The position numbers and the translations under genes are program-made. The notes under the pieces are model-generated. The model had not been told where the DNA came from. It searched no databases and saw only the letters and a list, made by a program, of their open reading frames with translations. Positions 18,994-28,700 of a stretch of DNA of 50,405 nucleotides are shown piece after piece. Every line of letters begins with the position of its first letter. The stretch's first letter is position 1. This DNA comes from Ignavibacteriota bacterium (GTDB lineage Bacteria; Bacteroidota; Ignavibacteria; Ignavibacteriales; Ignavibacteriaceae), in the NCBI GenBank assembly GCA_039931535.1, contig JBDTRQ010000065.1, forward strand, positions 1 through 50,405. Direction: 5' to 3'.

Positions 18994-19380
18994 ATGACTA
19001 CTGAAATAAAATATTTTACACCTGCAGATGCACGCAAAACATTACCTTTGGTAAAAAATATTGTAAGAGATATTTTACAAACAACTCGAGAAATGCGCCT
19101 TATTGCTGAAGAGGTTAATAATGGAATTGAAGATGATGTTAGAATAAAAAAACTTGCCGGCGAGGTAAATGGATTTTTATCAGAGCTTGAAGAAATCGGA
19201 TGTTATTATAAAGACACAAAATTTCAAATTGGTGTGGTTGATTTTCCATCAATGATTAATGGTGAAGAAGTTTATCTTTGCTGGCGTAGCGACGAATCCG
19301 ATATTTTGTATTATCACGAAATGGAAGAGGGATATTCGGGCAGAAGATTAATTCCGCCCCAATATTTTGATGAAGATTAA
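18994..19380 (+). CDS. DUF2203-like small protein
   Basis: The N-terminal ..KYFTPADARKTLPLVKNIVRDI.. pattern and the size resemble DUF2203 family members. This is from memory of the family, not a search. Confidence 0.55.
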   Translation: MTTEIKYFTPADARKTLPLVKNIVRDILQTTREMRLIAEEVNNGIEDDVRIKKLAGEVNGFLSELEEIGCYYKDTKFQIGVVDFPSMINGEEVYLCWRSDESDILYYHEMEEGYSGRRLIPPQYFDED

Positions 19381-19384
19381 GCTC

Positions 19385-19810
19385 TTACTCCCACGTTAGA
19401 TCAAAATTTACTTTTGATTCCAAAGTGTTATCAGAATTTTTATCTGTGATTTTATAAACAAGAGTATAAGTTCCTGCCTGATAAGTTGAATCCAAATTGA
19501 ACTGAATTTCTAATGCAATATCGCTTATCGGCTCACTATTATTCGCTTTCTGCACAAACTTAAAAACTGATTTTCTAATTGTACTGTCAGGTTTTAAAAG
19601 ATCAACATCATAAGCTACTGCAGCATTATAGTTATTATCTTTTTCTGTTTGTGTAAAACCTTTTACTCTTACGGTTGCATTAACCTCAGCAATTCCCTCG
19701 CCAATATCATACGCAAAAGCTTCTGCGCTAAATGCTTCAAACTTTACATCCTTTTTACTGCAAGCTACAATTACAAATAAGCTGATAATTATTAAAAATA
19801 CTTTTTTCAT
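19385..19810 (-). CDS. Lipoprotein of unknown function
   Basis: Signal plus lipobox (LFVIVACS). 141 aa. Confidence 0.65.
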   Translation of the reverse strand: MKKVFLIIISLFVIVACSKKDVKFEAFSAEAFAYDIGEGIAEVNATVRVKGFTQTEKDNNYNAAVAYDVDLLKPDSTIRKSVFKFVQKANNSEPISDIALEIQFNLDSTYQAGTYTLVYKITDKNSDNTLESKVNFDLTWE

Positions 19811-19823
19811 TTTTTCCCTTTAA

Positions 19824-19893
19824 GTCATTGCGAAGAACGAAGTGATGAAGCAATCTGTTTTATTAAAGATTGCTTCGCTTCGCTCGCAATGAC
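19824..19893. repeat. Palindromic intergenic repeat, family A, copy 3
   Basis: gtcattgcgaagaacgaagtgatgaagcaatc ... gattgcttcgcttcgctcgcaatgac is an inverted repeat. It lies between the serC stop and the start of the next gene. Confidence 0.85.
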
Positions 19894-19899
19894 AATTAT

Positions 19900-21015
19900 T
19901 TAGCTGTTTTTCTTTTTAAAATCACTCATAAATTCTACAAGCGCTTCAACTCCTTTTATTGGGAAGGCATTATAGATTGATGCGCGCAATCCGCCAACAG
20001 AACGATGACCTTTTAACCCGCTGAATCCGGCTTTTCCAGCTTCATCAATAAGTTTCTTTTCAAGTTCCGGAGTTCCAAGATTAAATGTTATGTTCATTAA
20101 AGAACGGCTATCTTTTTCAGCGTGGCCTTTGTAAAATCCACCGCTGTTATCAATTGCATCGTAAAGAAGTTTTGCTTTTGCTTTGTTGATCTCGTACATC
20201 TTATCAAGTCCGCCAAGATTTAACAAATATTTTGTAACAAGTTTGATAATGTAAATGCCAAATGTATTTGGGGTGTTGTACATCGAATCATTTTCCGCTT
20301 GTATTTTATAGTTAAGCATTGTGTGCAGTGAATCCTGACATCTTTCCAACATATCTTTTCTGATTATAACAAGCACAACACCGGAAGGACCAATATTTTT
20401 TTGAGCGCCCGCATAAATTAAGGCATACTTACTTACATTAATTTTTTTGTGAAGAATATCTGAAGAAGCATCGCAAATAAGTGGAACATTTCCAACTTCC
20501 GGCTCTGTGTGGAATTGCGTTCCGTAAATTGTATTGTTTGATGTAAAGTGAATGTATGCAGCATCCGGATCAAGTTTTAACTCGCTTTGTTTTGGAATGC
20601 GTTTAAAATATTTGTTATCTCCCTCTCCGCCTGCGGCGGATTCTTCGGTTGTTGCCGCAACATTTACAGCACCAACACGTTTTGCTTCTTTAATTGCTTT
20701 TTTAGACCAGCTTCCTGTGGAAATGTAATCAGCTTTGTTTTTAGGAGGCATTAAGTTTAACGGAATCATTGAAAACTGAAGACTTGCGCCGCCCTGTAAA
20801 AATAATATTTCGTAATTATCAGGCACATCAAGTAATTTTTTTATTCCTGCTTTTGCATCTGCAAGTATTGCCTCAAAAGTTTTTGAGCGGTGAGAAATTT
20901 CTAAGATAGACATTCCAACTCCCGGTAATGTAAACAATTCTTTTTGTGCTTCTAATAAAACTTCTTCCGGTAAAATAGCCGGACCAGCACTGAAGTTATA
21001 AATTCTTTTTTCCAT
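19900..21015 (-). CDS. serC: 3-phosphoserine aminotransferase
   Basis: N-terminal YNFSAGPAILPEEVL, PLP-lysine region YAGAQKNIGPSGV, and TSNNTIYGTQ. Confidence 0.92.
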   Translation of the reverse strand: MEKRIYNFSAGPAILPEEVLLEAQKELFTLPGVGMSILEISHRSKTFEAILADAKAGIKKLLDVPDNYEILFLQGGASLQFSMIPLNLMPPKNKADYISTGSWSKKAIKEAKRVGAVNVAATTEESAAGGEGDNKYFKRIPKQSELKLDPDAAYIHFTSNNTIYGTQFHTEPEVGNVPLICDASSDILHKKINVSKYALIYAGAQKNIGPSGVVLVIIRKDMLERCQDSLHTMLNYKIQAENDSMYNTPNTFGIYIIKLVTKYLLNLGGLDKMYEINKAKAKLLYDAIDNSGGFYKGHAEKDSRSLMNITFNLGTPELEKKLIDEAGKAGFSGLKGHRSVGGLRASIYNAFPIKGVEALVEFMSDFKKKNS

Positions 21016-21050
21016 GATAATTTTTCCTTTTATTATTTTTCTATATGATT

Positions 21051-21112
21051 CTTTGTGTCTTCGAGTCTTTGTGGCAAAAAAATTTCCGCCACTAAGTCAC
21101 CAAGACACTAAG
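21051..21112. repeat. Palindromic intergenic repeat, family E (gtgtctt..gtggc / gccac..aagacac)
   Basis: The 25-nt arms 21051..21075 and 21088..21112 are inverted repeats (20/25 complementary). Confidence 0.7.
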
Positions 21113-21134
21113 TTTTAAATTAAATGTTTACTTT

Positions 21135-22049
21135 TTATTCTTCTTCAAAATAATCTAAATCAATTTTTTTAAGTTCATAAACGGCCTGAGTTGAAACTCC
21201 AAGATTATAATCTATTAAAAGACTTGCCAAAAGCTCTCCATCGATTAGAACAATCTTAGTTTCATTTCTTGGAATATAATTCAAAGCATCATTTGTGAAT
21301 TTAGCGGTCGTAATAAAAATTCCTTTTTTAGCCCCCTGTCCTGCAAGTGCTCCAACAAACTTCTGAATTTCAGGTCTTCCCACAACATTCTCCCAACGCT
21401 TAGCTTGAATATAAATTATATCCAACCCTAACTTATCCTCTTTTATAATTCCATCAATTCCCTCATCTCCAGACCTTCCAATAGCTTTTCCAGCATCAGT
21501 TCTAGAACCACCATAGCCCATTTTAACCAATAACTCAACAACTAATCTTTCAAAAAAAGACGGACTACAAAGTTTTATTTTTGACAAAATATCTTGAGCC
21601 AATGTTTTACGAATATCTTGGTAGGAACTATCTAATAATTCCTCAGGAGTTTGCGGTGTTTGTAGTTCTTCTTCCTTCTCAGAGGTTGAACCTCCCTTTT
21701 TCCAACTTTCTGATAATTCCACGTAATCGGGAAATTTTTTTAAATATCGGATGTTAATCTCTTCCAAATTTTCCTGTAGTGTTGACAACCCTCTTTCTGT
21801 AATTTTAAAGTGTGCACGTTTTGTATTTTCTATTAAACCTGCCATCTTCAAATAAGATTTTGCCCAAAAGACTCGGTTAGAAAATATTTTTTGATTTCCA
21901 CTTGGCAGCATTTCATTTTGCTGTTCTTCGGTTAAATCAAACTCTGTTGCTATGTGTTCTAAGGCTTCATTTGTTGAGTGCTCTTTTTTATCAGATGCAA
22001 ATTTCAACAAAGGAAGCATAAATTTTTGAAAACCAGGAATCTCTTTCAT
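21135..22049 (-). CDS. mrr: Mrr-family type IV restriction endonuclease (Mrr_N winged helix + Mrr catalytic domain)
   Basis: N-terminal ..FMLPLLKFASD..ALEHIA.. region. The catalytic part reads ..FERLVVELLVKMGYGG..GRSGDEGIDGII..IYIQAKRW.. (D..(D/E)xK-like core). Confidence 0.82.
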   Translation of the reverse strand: MKEIPGFQKFMLPLLKFASDKKEHSTNEALEHIATEFDLTEEQQNEMLPSGNQKIFSNRVFWAKSYLKMAGLIENTKRAHFKITERGLSTLQENLEEINIRYLKKFPDYVELSESWKKGGSTSEKEEELQTPQTPEELLDSSYQDIRKTLAQDILSKIKLCSPSFFERLVVELLVKMGYGGSRTDAGKAIGRSGDEGIDGIIKEDKLGLDIIYIQAKRWENVVGRPEIQKFVGALAGQGAKKGIFITTAKFTNDALNYIPRNETKIVLIDGELLASLLIDYNLGVSTQAVYELKKIDLDYFEEE

Positions 22050-22092
22050 TATTTTTTATCCTTAGACACTAAGTTTACTTAGTTACACTCAA

Positions 22093-22124
22093 ATTAAATG
22101 TGTTAACAATCCATCTCATAATTT
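22093..22124. repeat. Left copy of a 32-bp direct duplication (relic 3' end of the DUF1015 gene)
   Basis: attaaatgtgttaacaatccatctcataattt is 30/32 identical to 22613..22644. Confidence 0.9.
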
Positions 22125-22346
22125 CTAACTAACTGATAAACTTTTTATTCTGTTAATGACTGAACTTGCAGTTGGAATTTTTAACTTATTTTTTTTTGCG
22201 GTTTCTAACCAAAGCTCAATAACGGTTTCAAGTTCAGTTAAACAAGAATCAATAGTTTCGCCTTGTACAAGACAACCTTTAAGTGAAGGAACTTCTGCAA
22301 CATATCCACCTTCACTTGCGGGATAAATAACCACTGGGTATTTCAT
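22125..22346 (-). CDS. hicB: HicB-family antitoxin
   Basis: MKYPVVIYPASEGGYVAEVPSLKGCLVQGETIDSCL.. is the UPF0150/HicB fold signature. It overlaps the upstream toxin gene by 4 nt. Confidence 0.8.
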   Translation of the reverse strand: MKYPVVIYPASEGGYVAEVPSLKGCLVQGETIDSCLTELETVIELWLETAKKNKLKIPTASSVINRIKSLSVS

Positions 22347-22594
22347 AATTCTTCTCCTTTTATTTTTCTCAAATCTTCAATCAACTCAATAACTTTTTTA
22401 ACATAAACAGTCTTAACCCGATCATTATGGACAGGAATAACAAAAATGTAATCATTTCTTTTAAATATATGATGACTTCCTGTAATTCTTTCAAGGAAAA
22501 AGTTTTCCTCTTTTAATAAACTTCTAAGATCAGAAAAGCGCACATTACGCGGATTATTCTTTATCCTTTCAAAGAGTTTATCTTTCTTCGTCAT
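22343..22594 (-). CDS. hicA: HicA-family mRNA-interferase toxin
   Basis: ..VRFSDLRSLLKEENFFLERITGSHHIFKR...VIPVH.. is a HicA/YcfA-like motif (GSHH..). Its ATG overlaps the TGA of the upstream gene (ATGA). Confidence 0.78.
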   Translation of the reverse strand: MTKKDKLFERIKNNPRNVRFSDLRSLLKEENFFLERITGSHHIFKRNDYIFVIPVHNDRVKTVYVKKVIELIEDLRKIKGEEL

Positions 22595-23856
22595 TGTTCT
22601 TTATAAACTTTTATTAAATGCGTTAACAATCCATCTCTTAATTTTGGTTCAAACCAGGTTGATTTTGGCGGCATTATTTCTCCCGCATCTGAAATATTCA
22701 TCAAGTCATTAAGCCCAACCGGATAAAATGAAAATGCAACTGCGGCTTTTCCGGAATCAACTAATTTTTCTAATTCTTTTGTGCCGCGTATTCCACCAAT
22801 AAAATCTATTCTATTATTTGTTCTCGGATCATCGATACCAAGAACAGGATTTAGCAAAAAGTTTTGAAGAATACTTACATCAAGTTTTTCTCCAACAGAT
22901 TTTTCTAAAGACAAACTTGCAAATACAGAATCTCTTGGTTTAAGAACAAACCATTCTTTATCAATGTACATACAGAAAGTATTTTTTGTTTGTGGCTCTT
23001 TTTCTGTAGTTGGAGTTATGGTAAACTTATCTGCAACGGAATTAATAAAATCCGCTTTGCTCAAACCATTCAAATCTAACACAACACGATTGTAAGGAAG
23101 AATCTTTAATTGATCTTCGGGGAATAGAACAGCAATAAAATAATTATACTCTTCATCGCCTTTATGATTTGGGTTTGCTTTCATCTTTTCTTCTTTAGCA
23201 CGGCTTGCACTTTTTGCTCGATGATGTCCATCAGCAATATAAAGTTTATTAACTTTTGCAAATTCAGTTTCAATCATTTCATTGTATTCATCAGGCATAA
23301 TCCAAACAGTATGCTTAATTCCATCGGGAGAGGTAAAATCGTATTCAGGTTTTACATCATTTATAGTTTTATCAACAAGCTCATTAACAGATTTTACTCC
23401 GCGATAAGTTAAAAACACAACACCTGTTTGCGCTTCTGTTGTAACAATGTGATTTGTTCTGTCATCTTCTTTAACCTTGCGAGTTTTTTCGTGCTTAAGA
23501 ATTACATCGTTATCATAATCATCTACAGAAAAAGTTGCGCATATTCCAGTTTGCGCTCTTCCATCCATAATTAATCTGTAAAGATAAAAGTGTGGTTTTG
23601 CATCAACATTTAGTGGAGCGTTTTCAATTATCTTGTTAAGGTTTTCTTTTGCTTTTAGATAAATTTCTTTTGAGTAAACATCTTTTACCTCGGGTAAATC
23701 TATTTCTGATCTTGTAATGTGCAAATAGCTCAGCGGATTATTTTGTGCAAACTGTGCCGCTTCTTCTCGGTTAACAACATCATACGGAACGCTTGCAACT
23801 AATTGTGATTTTTCTTTTGTGGGTCTTAATGCTTTAAATGGTCTGATAACAGCCAT
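22591..23856 (-). CDS. DUF1015-family protein
   Basis: MAVIRPFKALRP...VASVPYDV.. N-terminus and ..YIADGHHR.. motif, as in DUF1015 proteins. 421 aa. Confidence 0.78.
   Translation of the reverse strand: MAVIRPFKALRPTKEKSQLVASVPYDVVNREEAAQFAQNNPLSYLHITRSEIDLPEVKDVYSKEIYLKAKENLNKIIENAPLNVDAKPHFYLYRLIMDGRAQTGICATFSVDDYDNDVILKHEKTRKVKEDDRTNHIVTTEAQTGVVFLTYRGVKSVNELVDKTINDVKPEYDFTSPDGIKHTVWIMPDEYNEMIETEFAKVNKLYIADGHHRAKSASRAKEEKMKANPNHKGDEEYNYFIAVLFPEDQLKILPYNRVVLDLNGLSKADFINSVADKFTITPTTEKEPQTKNTFCMYIDKEWFVLKPRDSVFASLSLEKSVGEKLDVSILQNFLLNPVLGIDDPRTNNRIDFIGGIRGTKELEKLVDSGKAAVAFSFYPVGLNDLMNISDAGEIMPPKSTWFEPKLRDGLLTHLIKVYKEQ
22613..22644. repeat. Right copy of the 32-bp direct duplication (inside the DUF1015 coding end)
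   Basis: attaaatgcgttaacaatccatctcttaattt encodes ..KLRDGLLTHLI.. on the minus strand. Confidence 0.9.
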
Positions 23857-24040
23857 AAAATAAATCTCCGATTTTAGAAAAAATTATTAAAATTTTGTGT
23901 CTCAAAAATCCACAAAATATTCCTAAGAAGCCAACTAAATTGAAGAAACTTGATTCTTAAACATTTAGATTTCAACAAAAATCAAATCTTATAACAAACA
24001 TTTATTTATCTTTGCAACCGTTTAACAAATTATTAGAAAA

Positions 24041-24835
24041 ATGGCTGAAGAAATAAAAAAAACACGCAGAAAACCCGGACTGGAAAAAGATGAAATTGTT
24101 GGTAAAGTAGAATATGTAAAAGATTTTCATTCTGCTTTATTAAATAACAAAAGAGATATAGTTGTTTGGCTGCCGATTGGTTACAATCCGCAAAAAAATC
24201 CTGGCAAAAAATATCCTGTTCTTTACATGAACGATGGACAAAATATTCTTGATCCCAAAACAGCATATGTTGGTAAAGATTGGCGCGTAGATGAAACAGT
24301 AATGAAGCTAATCAAACAAAAAAAAATTAAAGAAATTATTGTTGTAGGAATTTATAACTCGCCCGATAGACTTGATGAATATAGCTGGAGTGAAAAGGGG
24401 CAGAATTATTTAAAGTTTTTAGTAACCGAATTAAAACCAATTATTGATTCAGCATACAAAACTTTAGCTGATAAAGATAACACCGCAATTATGGGTTCAT
24501 CAATGGGCGGATTAATTTCGTTCTACGCAGCTTGGAATTATCCCGAAGTTTTTTCAATGGCTGGATGTTTATCAAGTTCATTTTATTATAACCACGATAG
24601 AAGCATTAAAACAGTGGAAGATTATTCAGGACCTAAAAAGCATATTAGGATTTATATTGATCATGGTGAAGATGGAAATATTCGCGGACAAAAAATGTTT
24701 GTAGAGCTTTCAAAAAAAGGATATATAATTGGGCAGGATATAGATTATTTTTATTCTCCGGGCGCAGAACATAATGAACGTGAGTGGGCAAAGAGAATAG
24801 AAAGACCGTTGATTTTTTTCTTCGGAACAAAGTAG
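24041..24835 (+). CDS. Esterase-family alpha/beta hydrolase (putative esterase / enterochelin-esterase-like fold)
   Basis: ..RDIVVWLPIGYN..KYPVLYMNDGQN.. and nucleophile elbow GSSMGG. Confidence 0.72.
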   Translation: MAEEIKKTRRKPGLEKDEIVGKVEYVKDFHSALLNNKRDIVVWLPIGYNPQKNPGKKYPVLYMNDGQNILDPKTAYVGKDWRVDETVMKLIKQKKIKEIIVVGIYNSPDRLDEYSWSEKGQNYLKFLVTELKPIIDSAYKTLADKDNTAIMGSSMGGLISFYAAWNYPEVFSMAGCLSSSFYYNHDRSIKTVEDYSGPKKHIRIYIDHGEDGNIRGQKMFVELSKKGYIIGQDIDYFYSPGAEHNEREWAKRIERPLIFFFGTK

Positions 24836-24865
24836 TCATTGCGATGGCGATTAGCCGAAGCAATC
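24835..24865. repeat. Family A repeat, half-unit (copy 4)
   Basis: gtcattgcgatggcgattagccgaagcaatc. No matching right arm follows. Confidence 0.65.
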
Positions 24866-24924
24866 TGTTTTTAAGAATTGTTACATCGTTTAATAGCAGC
24901 AGTGTTAAAATTGTTTTAACCTTA

Positions 24925-24951
24925 GTCACTCTGAGCGAAGACGAAGAGTGA
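24925..24951. repeat. Palindromic repeat, family B (gtcaNNctgagc..gaag..tga[c]) copy
   Basis: gtcactctgagcgaagacgaagagtga, with cactct/agagtg as the inverted repeat. Confidence 0.7.
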
Positions 24952-24981
24952 AATTCTTTGTTTAATAAGAAATGGAATTTT

Positions 24982-25617
24982 ATGAAATATTATTTTTCAC
25001 TTTTTTTCATCTTTGTTTTAATTAGCTGTTCCTCAAATCAAATTGTAAATCTTGGAACAGCAAAAGATATTGTTAAAGATTATTATGAGTCCGGTAAGTT
25101 TGATATGGAAATGAATGAGGTTATTAAAGAAGCAAAAGAAAAATTTGATAAAGTTGAAATAAAAAACAATTCCGTTGTAATTTTTGATGTTGATGAAACC
25201 GCACTTAACAATTACGGCTTGGCAAAACTTATGAGTTTTGGTTATGTATATGATCTAAATAAAAAATGGAATGAAGAATTAAAAGCGCCTGCAATTCCAC
25301 AAGTCAAAGATTTGTACAACTATCTGCTCAATAAAGGGTTTAAAATAATTTTTCTTACAGGAAGAAATTCCAATGAGTACGACGTTACATACAAAAATCT
25401 TATCCAGACTGGATATACAAAATTTGATACTTTAATAACTCAAAGTAAAGATGATCAAAAATTAAAATCGCAGGAATTTAAAAGTAAAGTTCGTACAGAA
25501 CTAACAACTCAAGGCTATGAAATTGTTGGAACGGTTGGCGATCAATGGACTGATTTGAACGGACCATATTCGGGAATACAAATCAAAATTCCGAATTATC
25601 TTTATGAGATAAAATAA
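24982..25617 (+). CDS. HAD-superfamily class B / plant-type acid phosphatase lipoprotein
   Basis: I moved the start to the ATG at 24982. Lipobox VLISCS. HAD motif I FDVDETALNN, then ..FLTGR.. and ..GDQWTDL.. Confidence 0.78.
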   Translation: MKYYFSLFFIFVLISCSSNQIVNLGTAKDIVKDYYESGKFDMEMNEVIKEAKEKFDKVEIKNNSVVIFDVDETALNNYGLAKLMSFGYVYDLNKKWNEELKAPAIPQVKDLYNYLLNKGFKIIFLTGRNSNEYDVTYKNLIQTGYTKFDTLITQSKDDQKLKSQEFKSKVRTELTTQGYEIVGTVGDQWTDLNGPYSGIQIKIPNYLYEIK

Positions 25618-25742
25618 TACTCAATACAATTGTGATCTTAAAGGCTGATCATATCAATTCTTGCTTTCTATCTGCCTAATTCTATACTCTCCATTTTTAC
25701 TTATATTTATTATTATAGATTAACAATTAATATATCTACAAT

Positions 25743-28700
25743 TTGAAAATCATCCGTAAAATATTTTTAACAGTTATTTGTTTCGCTTCAATAGTCTCAT
25801 CACAAAACAATCAATTTCTGGATGAGATCGGGTTGCCAATAATTAAAAACTATTTGCCAAAACAATACTCAGCAAATGTGCAAAACTGGGCTATAATACA
25901 GGATAAAAGAGGTGTCTTGTATTTTGGAAATGTTTCCGGCTTGCTGGAGTACGATGGTGTTAATTGGAGATTGATAAAAATTCCGAACGATGCAGTTAGA
26001 TGTCTTGCAATTGATGATGATGGGAAAATATTTGTTGGTGGAATTCATCAACTTGGATATTTATCCCCGGATTCTTTGGGTGAGCTAAAATATGTTTCTC
26101 TAAACAAATATATTTTCGGCGATAAAACTGAGATTGGAGAAGTGTGGAGAATTATTGTACACAGTGATGGTCTTTACTTCCAAACATTTTCAACTCTGTA
26201 CTTGTTTGAAGCTAATAAGAACAAACAGCAATCATTTTTAGAGAGAATATTAAAGACACCTTCTTTAAAAAGATGGGAATCACGCTCAAGAATTAATCCT
26301 ATCCATTCTATCGGCAACAGAATATTTGTACACGAAAGAAACCTTGGCTTGCAAGAGTTGAGAAATGGAAAGCTTATAATGCTGCCTGGTGGCGAAGAGT
26401 TTGCGCAAGATTTAATTTGTATCATGCTTCCATTTCCGTCTTCAAAGTTAGACTATAAAAATTCTACTAGTAAAATATTAATTGGCTCCTTGCGGCGTGG
26501 AATGTTTTTATTTGATGGAACTAAGTTTGAAAAATTTAATAACGAGGCTGATAAATATCTGATTGAGAATAGACTATATTTTAGGGGTGCGCTGTTAAGT
26601 GATGGAAGTTATGCACTCGGTACGCAGCTTGGTGGTATTGTTGTAATTGATCAAAAAGGAAAACTAAAAAAAATAATTGATAAAAATCTTGGGTTAAACA
26701 ATAACACAATATGGGATTTGTTTTATGATCGTGAAGGCAATCTTTGGTCGGCAACTGATAATGGTATTTCAAAGATACTTTATCCATCATCGTTACGAAT
26801 AATAAATGAAAAATCAGGATTCGAAGGATCTATACAAACAATAAAGCATTTTGATAATAAAATCTATTTAGCTACAAGTTCCGGAATTTATTATTTAGAT
26901 AATATTTCTGCTAAATCAGAAAATGGAAAGTTTGACGCAGTTAAAAATATTTCTGTTCAGTCATGGGATCTTTTGCAAATAAAAGATAAAGTACTTGCTG
27001 CAACGAATGATGGTGTTTTCGAAATTAAAAATAACATTGCATCAATTATCGATCACAATTATCGTTATGCGACTTGTTTTTTCCAATCAACGGGTCAGCA
27101 ATCGCTAATCTATGTTGGAATGAACAATGGAATAGCAGTATTAAAAAACGAAAACGATAAAATATCATTTATAGGAATGATTGCGGATTTTAATGCGGGC
27201 ATTATAAGTATAGAGGAAGATCAAAACGGATTTATTTGGTGCAACGATGTGTCTGGAAATATTATAGCTCTAAAAACACCAACTAACAAAGAGAACTTGA
27301 ATGGTTATAAAAGATTAAGCATAAGTAATTCTGCAGCCTTAGGTCAAAAAGCAAAACTATTTAAGCATTTAAATAAAGTCTATTTTTTTAACAATAATCA
27401 AGTATTTGAGTTTAATAATGTTGATAATAAATTTATTCGATCAAATATTCTTGAGGGAGTTTATAAAGATTCAACGCAAATGTTAATTAATGTTTTTAAT
27501 GATGACCGGAATATTATTTGGAGCATAACAAACCAGAAGGGGAAGATTTTAGTAACGGAAAATGATATAAAAGTAAAATCTAATGTCTCTAAAACATATT
27601 CTTCATTTGGATTAGCAGGTGAGGATCTCTTAACGGATTTTATTTCACTTAAAAGTATTGTAAGTGGGGATCAAACTAAAACATTGTGGGTTAGCGGTGG
27701 AAACATTCTTATAAGTTATAAGCTGGATTCTGAGTCTGATTTTAGTACTTCGATAAATTATTTACCAATGATTCGAAAAGTTTCACTAAACGGAAATAAT
27801 ATTTTATTTAATGGTTACTCAAATCACAAAAATAATTTTGAAGAAAACCCGATTGAGGTTGATTACTCAACCAACTCAGTTGTATTTGAATATTCACTAC
27901 CATCGTTTTTAAATGAATCAGGAAATGATTATCAGTTTTTGTTAGAAGGCTTTGATAAGCAATGGAGCAGTTGGATTAAAGGAACTAAAAAAGAATATAC
28001 AAACTTGCCTTCCGGAAATTTTATTTTTAAGGTACGTGGTAAAAATGCAGAAGGAAAGCTAAGCGATATTTCAAGTTTCAATTTTAAGATACTACCCCCA
28101 TGGTACAAAACTTGGTGGGCAAATTTTCTTGGTTTTTTAATTGTTCTTCTTATTATCAACTATGTGATAAGAGTAAGAGTTAGATATCTAAAGAATAAAA
28201 ATATTGTTCTGGAAAGACTTGTAAATGATAGAACAGTAAAAATAAAAGAACAAAAAGATGTGCTGGAAAAACAAGCCCAAAAACTAATGGAGCTTGATCA
28301 ATTAAAATCCGATTTTTTTGCAAATATTTCCCACGAGTTTAGAACTCCGCTTACTTTAATAAAAGGACAATTAGAAAATGTTTTAAGAATTGTAAAGGAT
28401 GAAAACGTTAAGAAAAAAGTTAATGTTGCTTTTACAAACTCAAATAGACTTAACAGATTAATCAACCAGGTTTTAGATTTATCAAAATTAGAATCAGGCA
28501 AACTGCAGCTTGAATTTGAAAAGAATGATATTGTTGCACTGATTAAAAATCGAGTTTCTTCTTTCGACTCTTTTGCTGAACAGAAAAATATAACCGTACA
28601 ATTTTTTAGTTACACTGATTGTCTATTTACCAATATCGACAAGGAAAAAATTGAAGAGGTTATAGATAATCTTTTATCAAACGCATTAAAATTTACACCT

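Noticed and set aside
21135-22594. mrr-hicAB as part of a larger mobile element or prophage.
   Set aside because: No integrase, transposase, tRNA target or phage genes are nearby. The flanking genes are ordinary metabolism genes, so only the small-scale insertion footprints are reported.
24033-24929. ORFs 24033..24266 and 24645..24929, antisense to the esterase gene.
   Set aside because: Both overlap a well-supported gene. The second runs through the family A/B repeats. No independent support.
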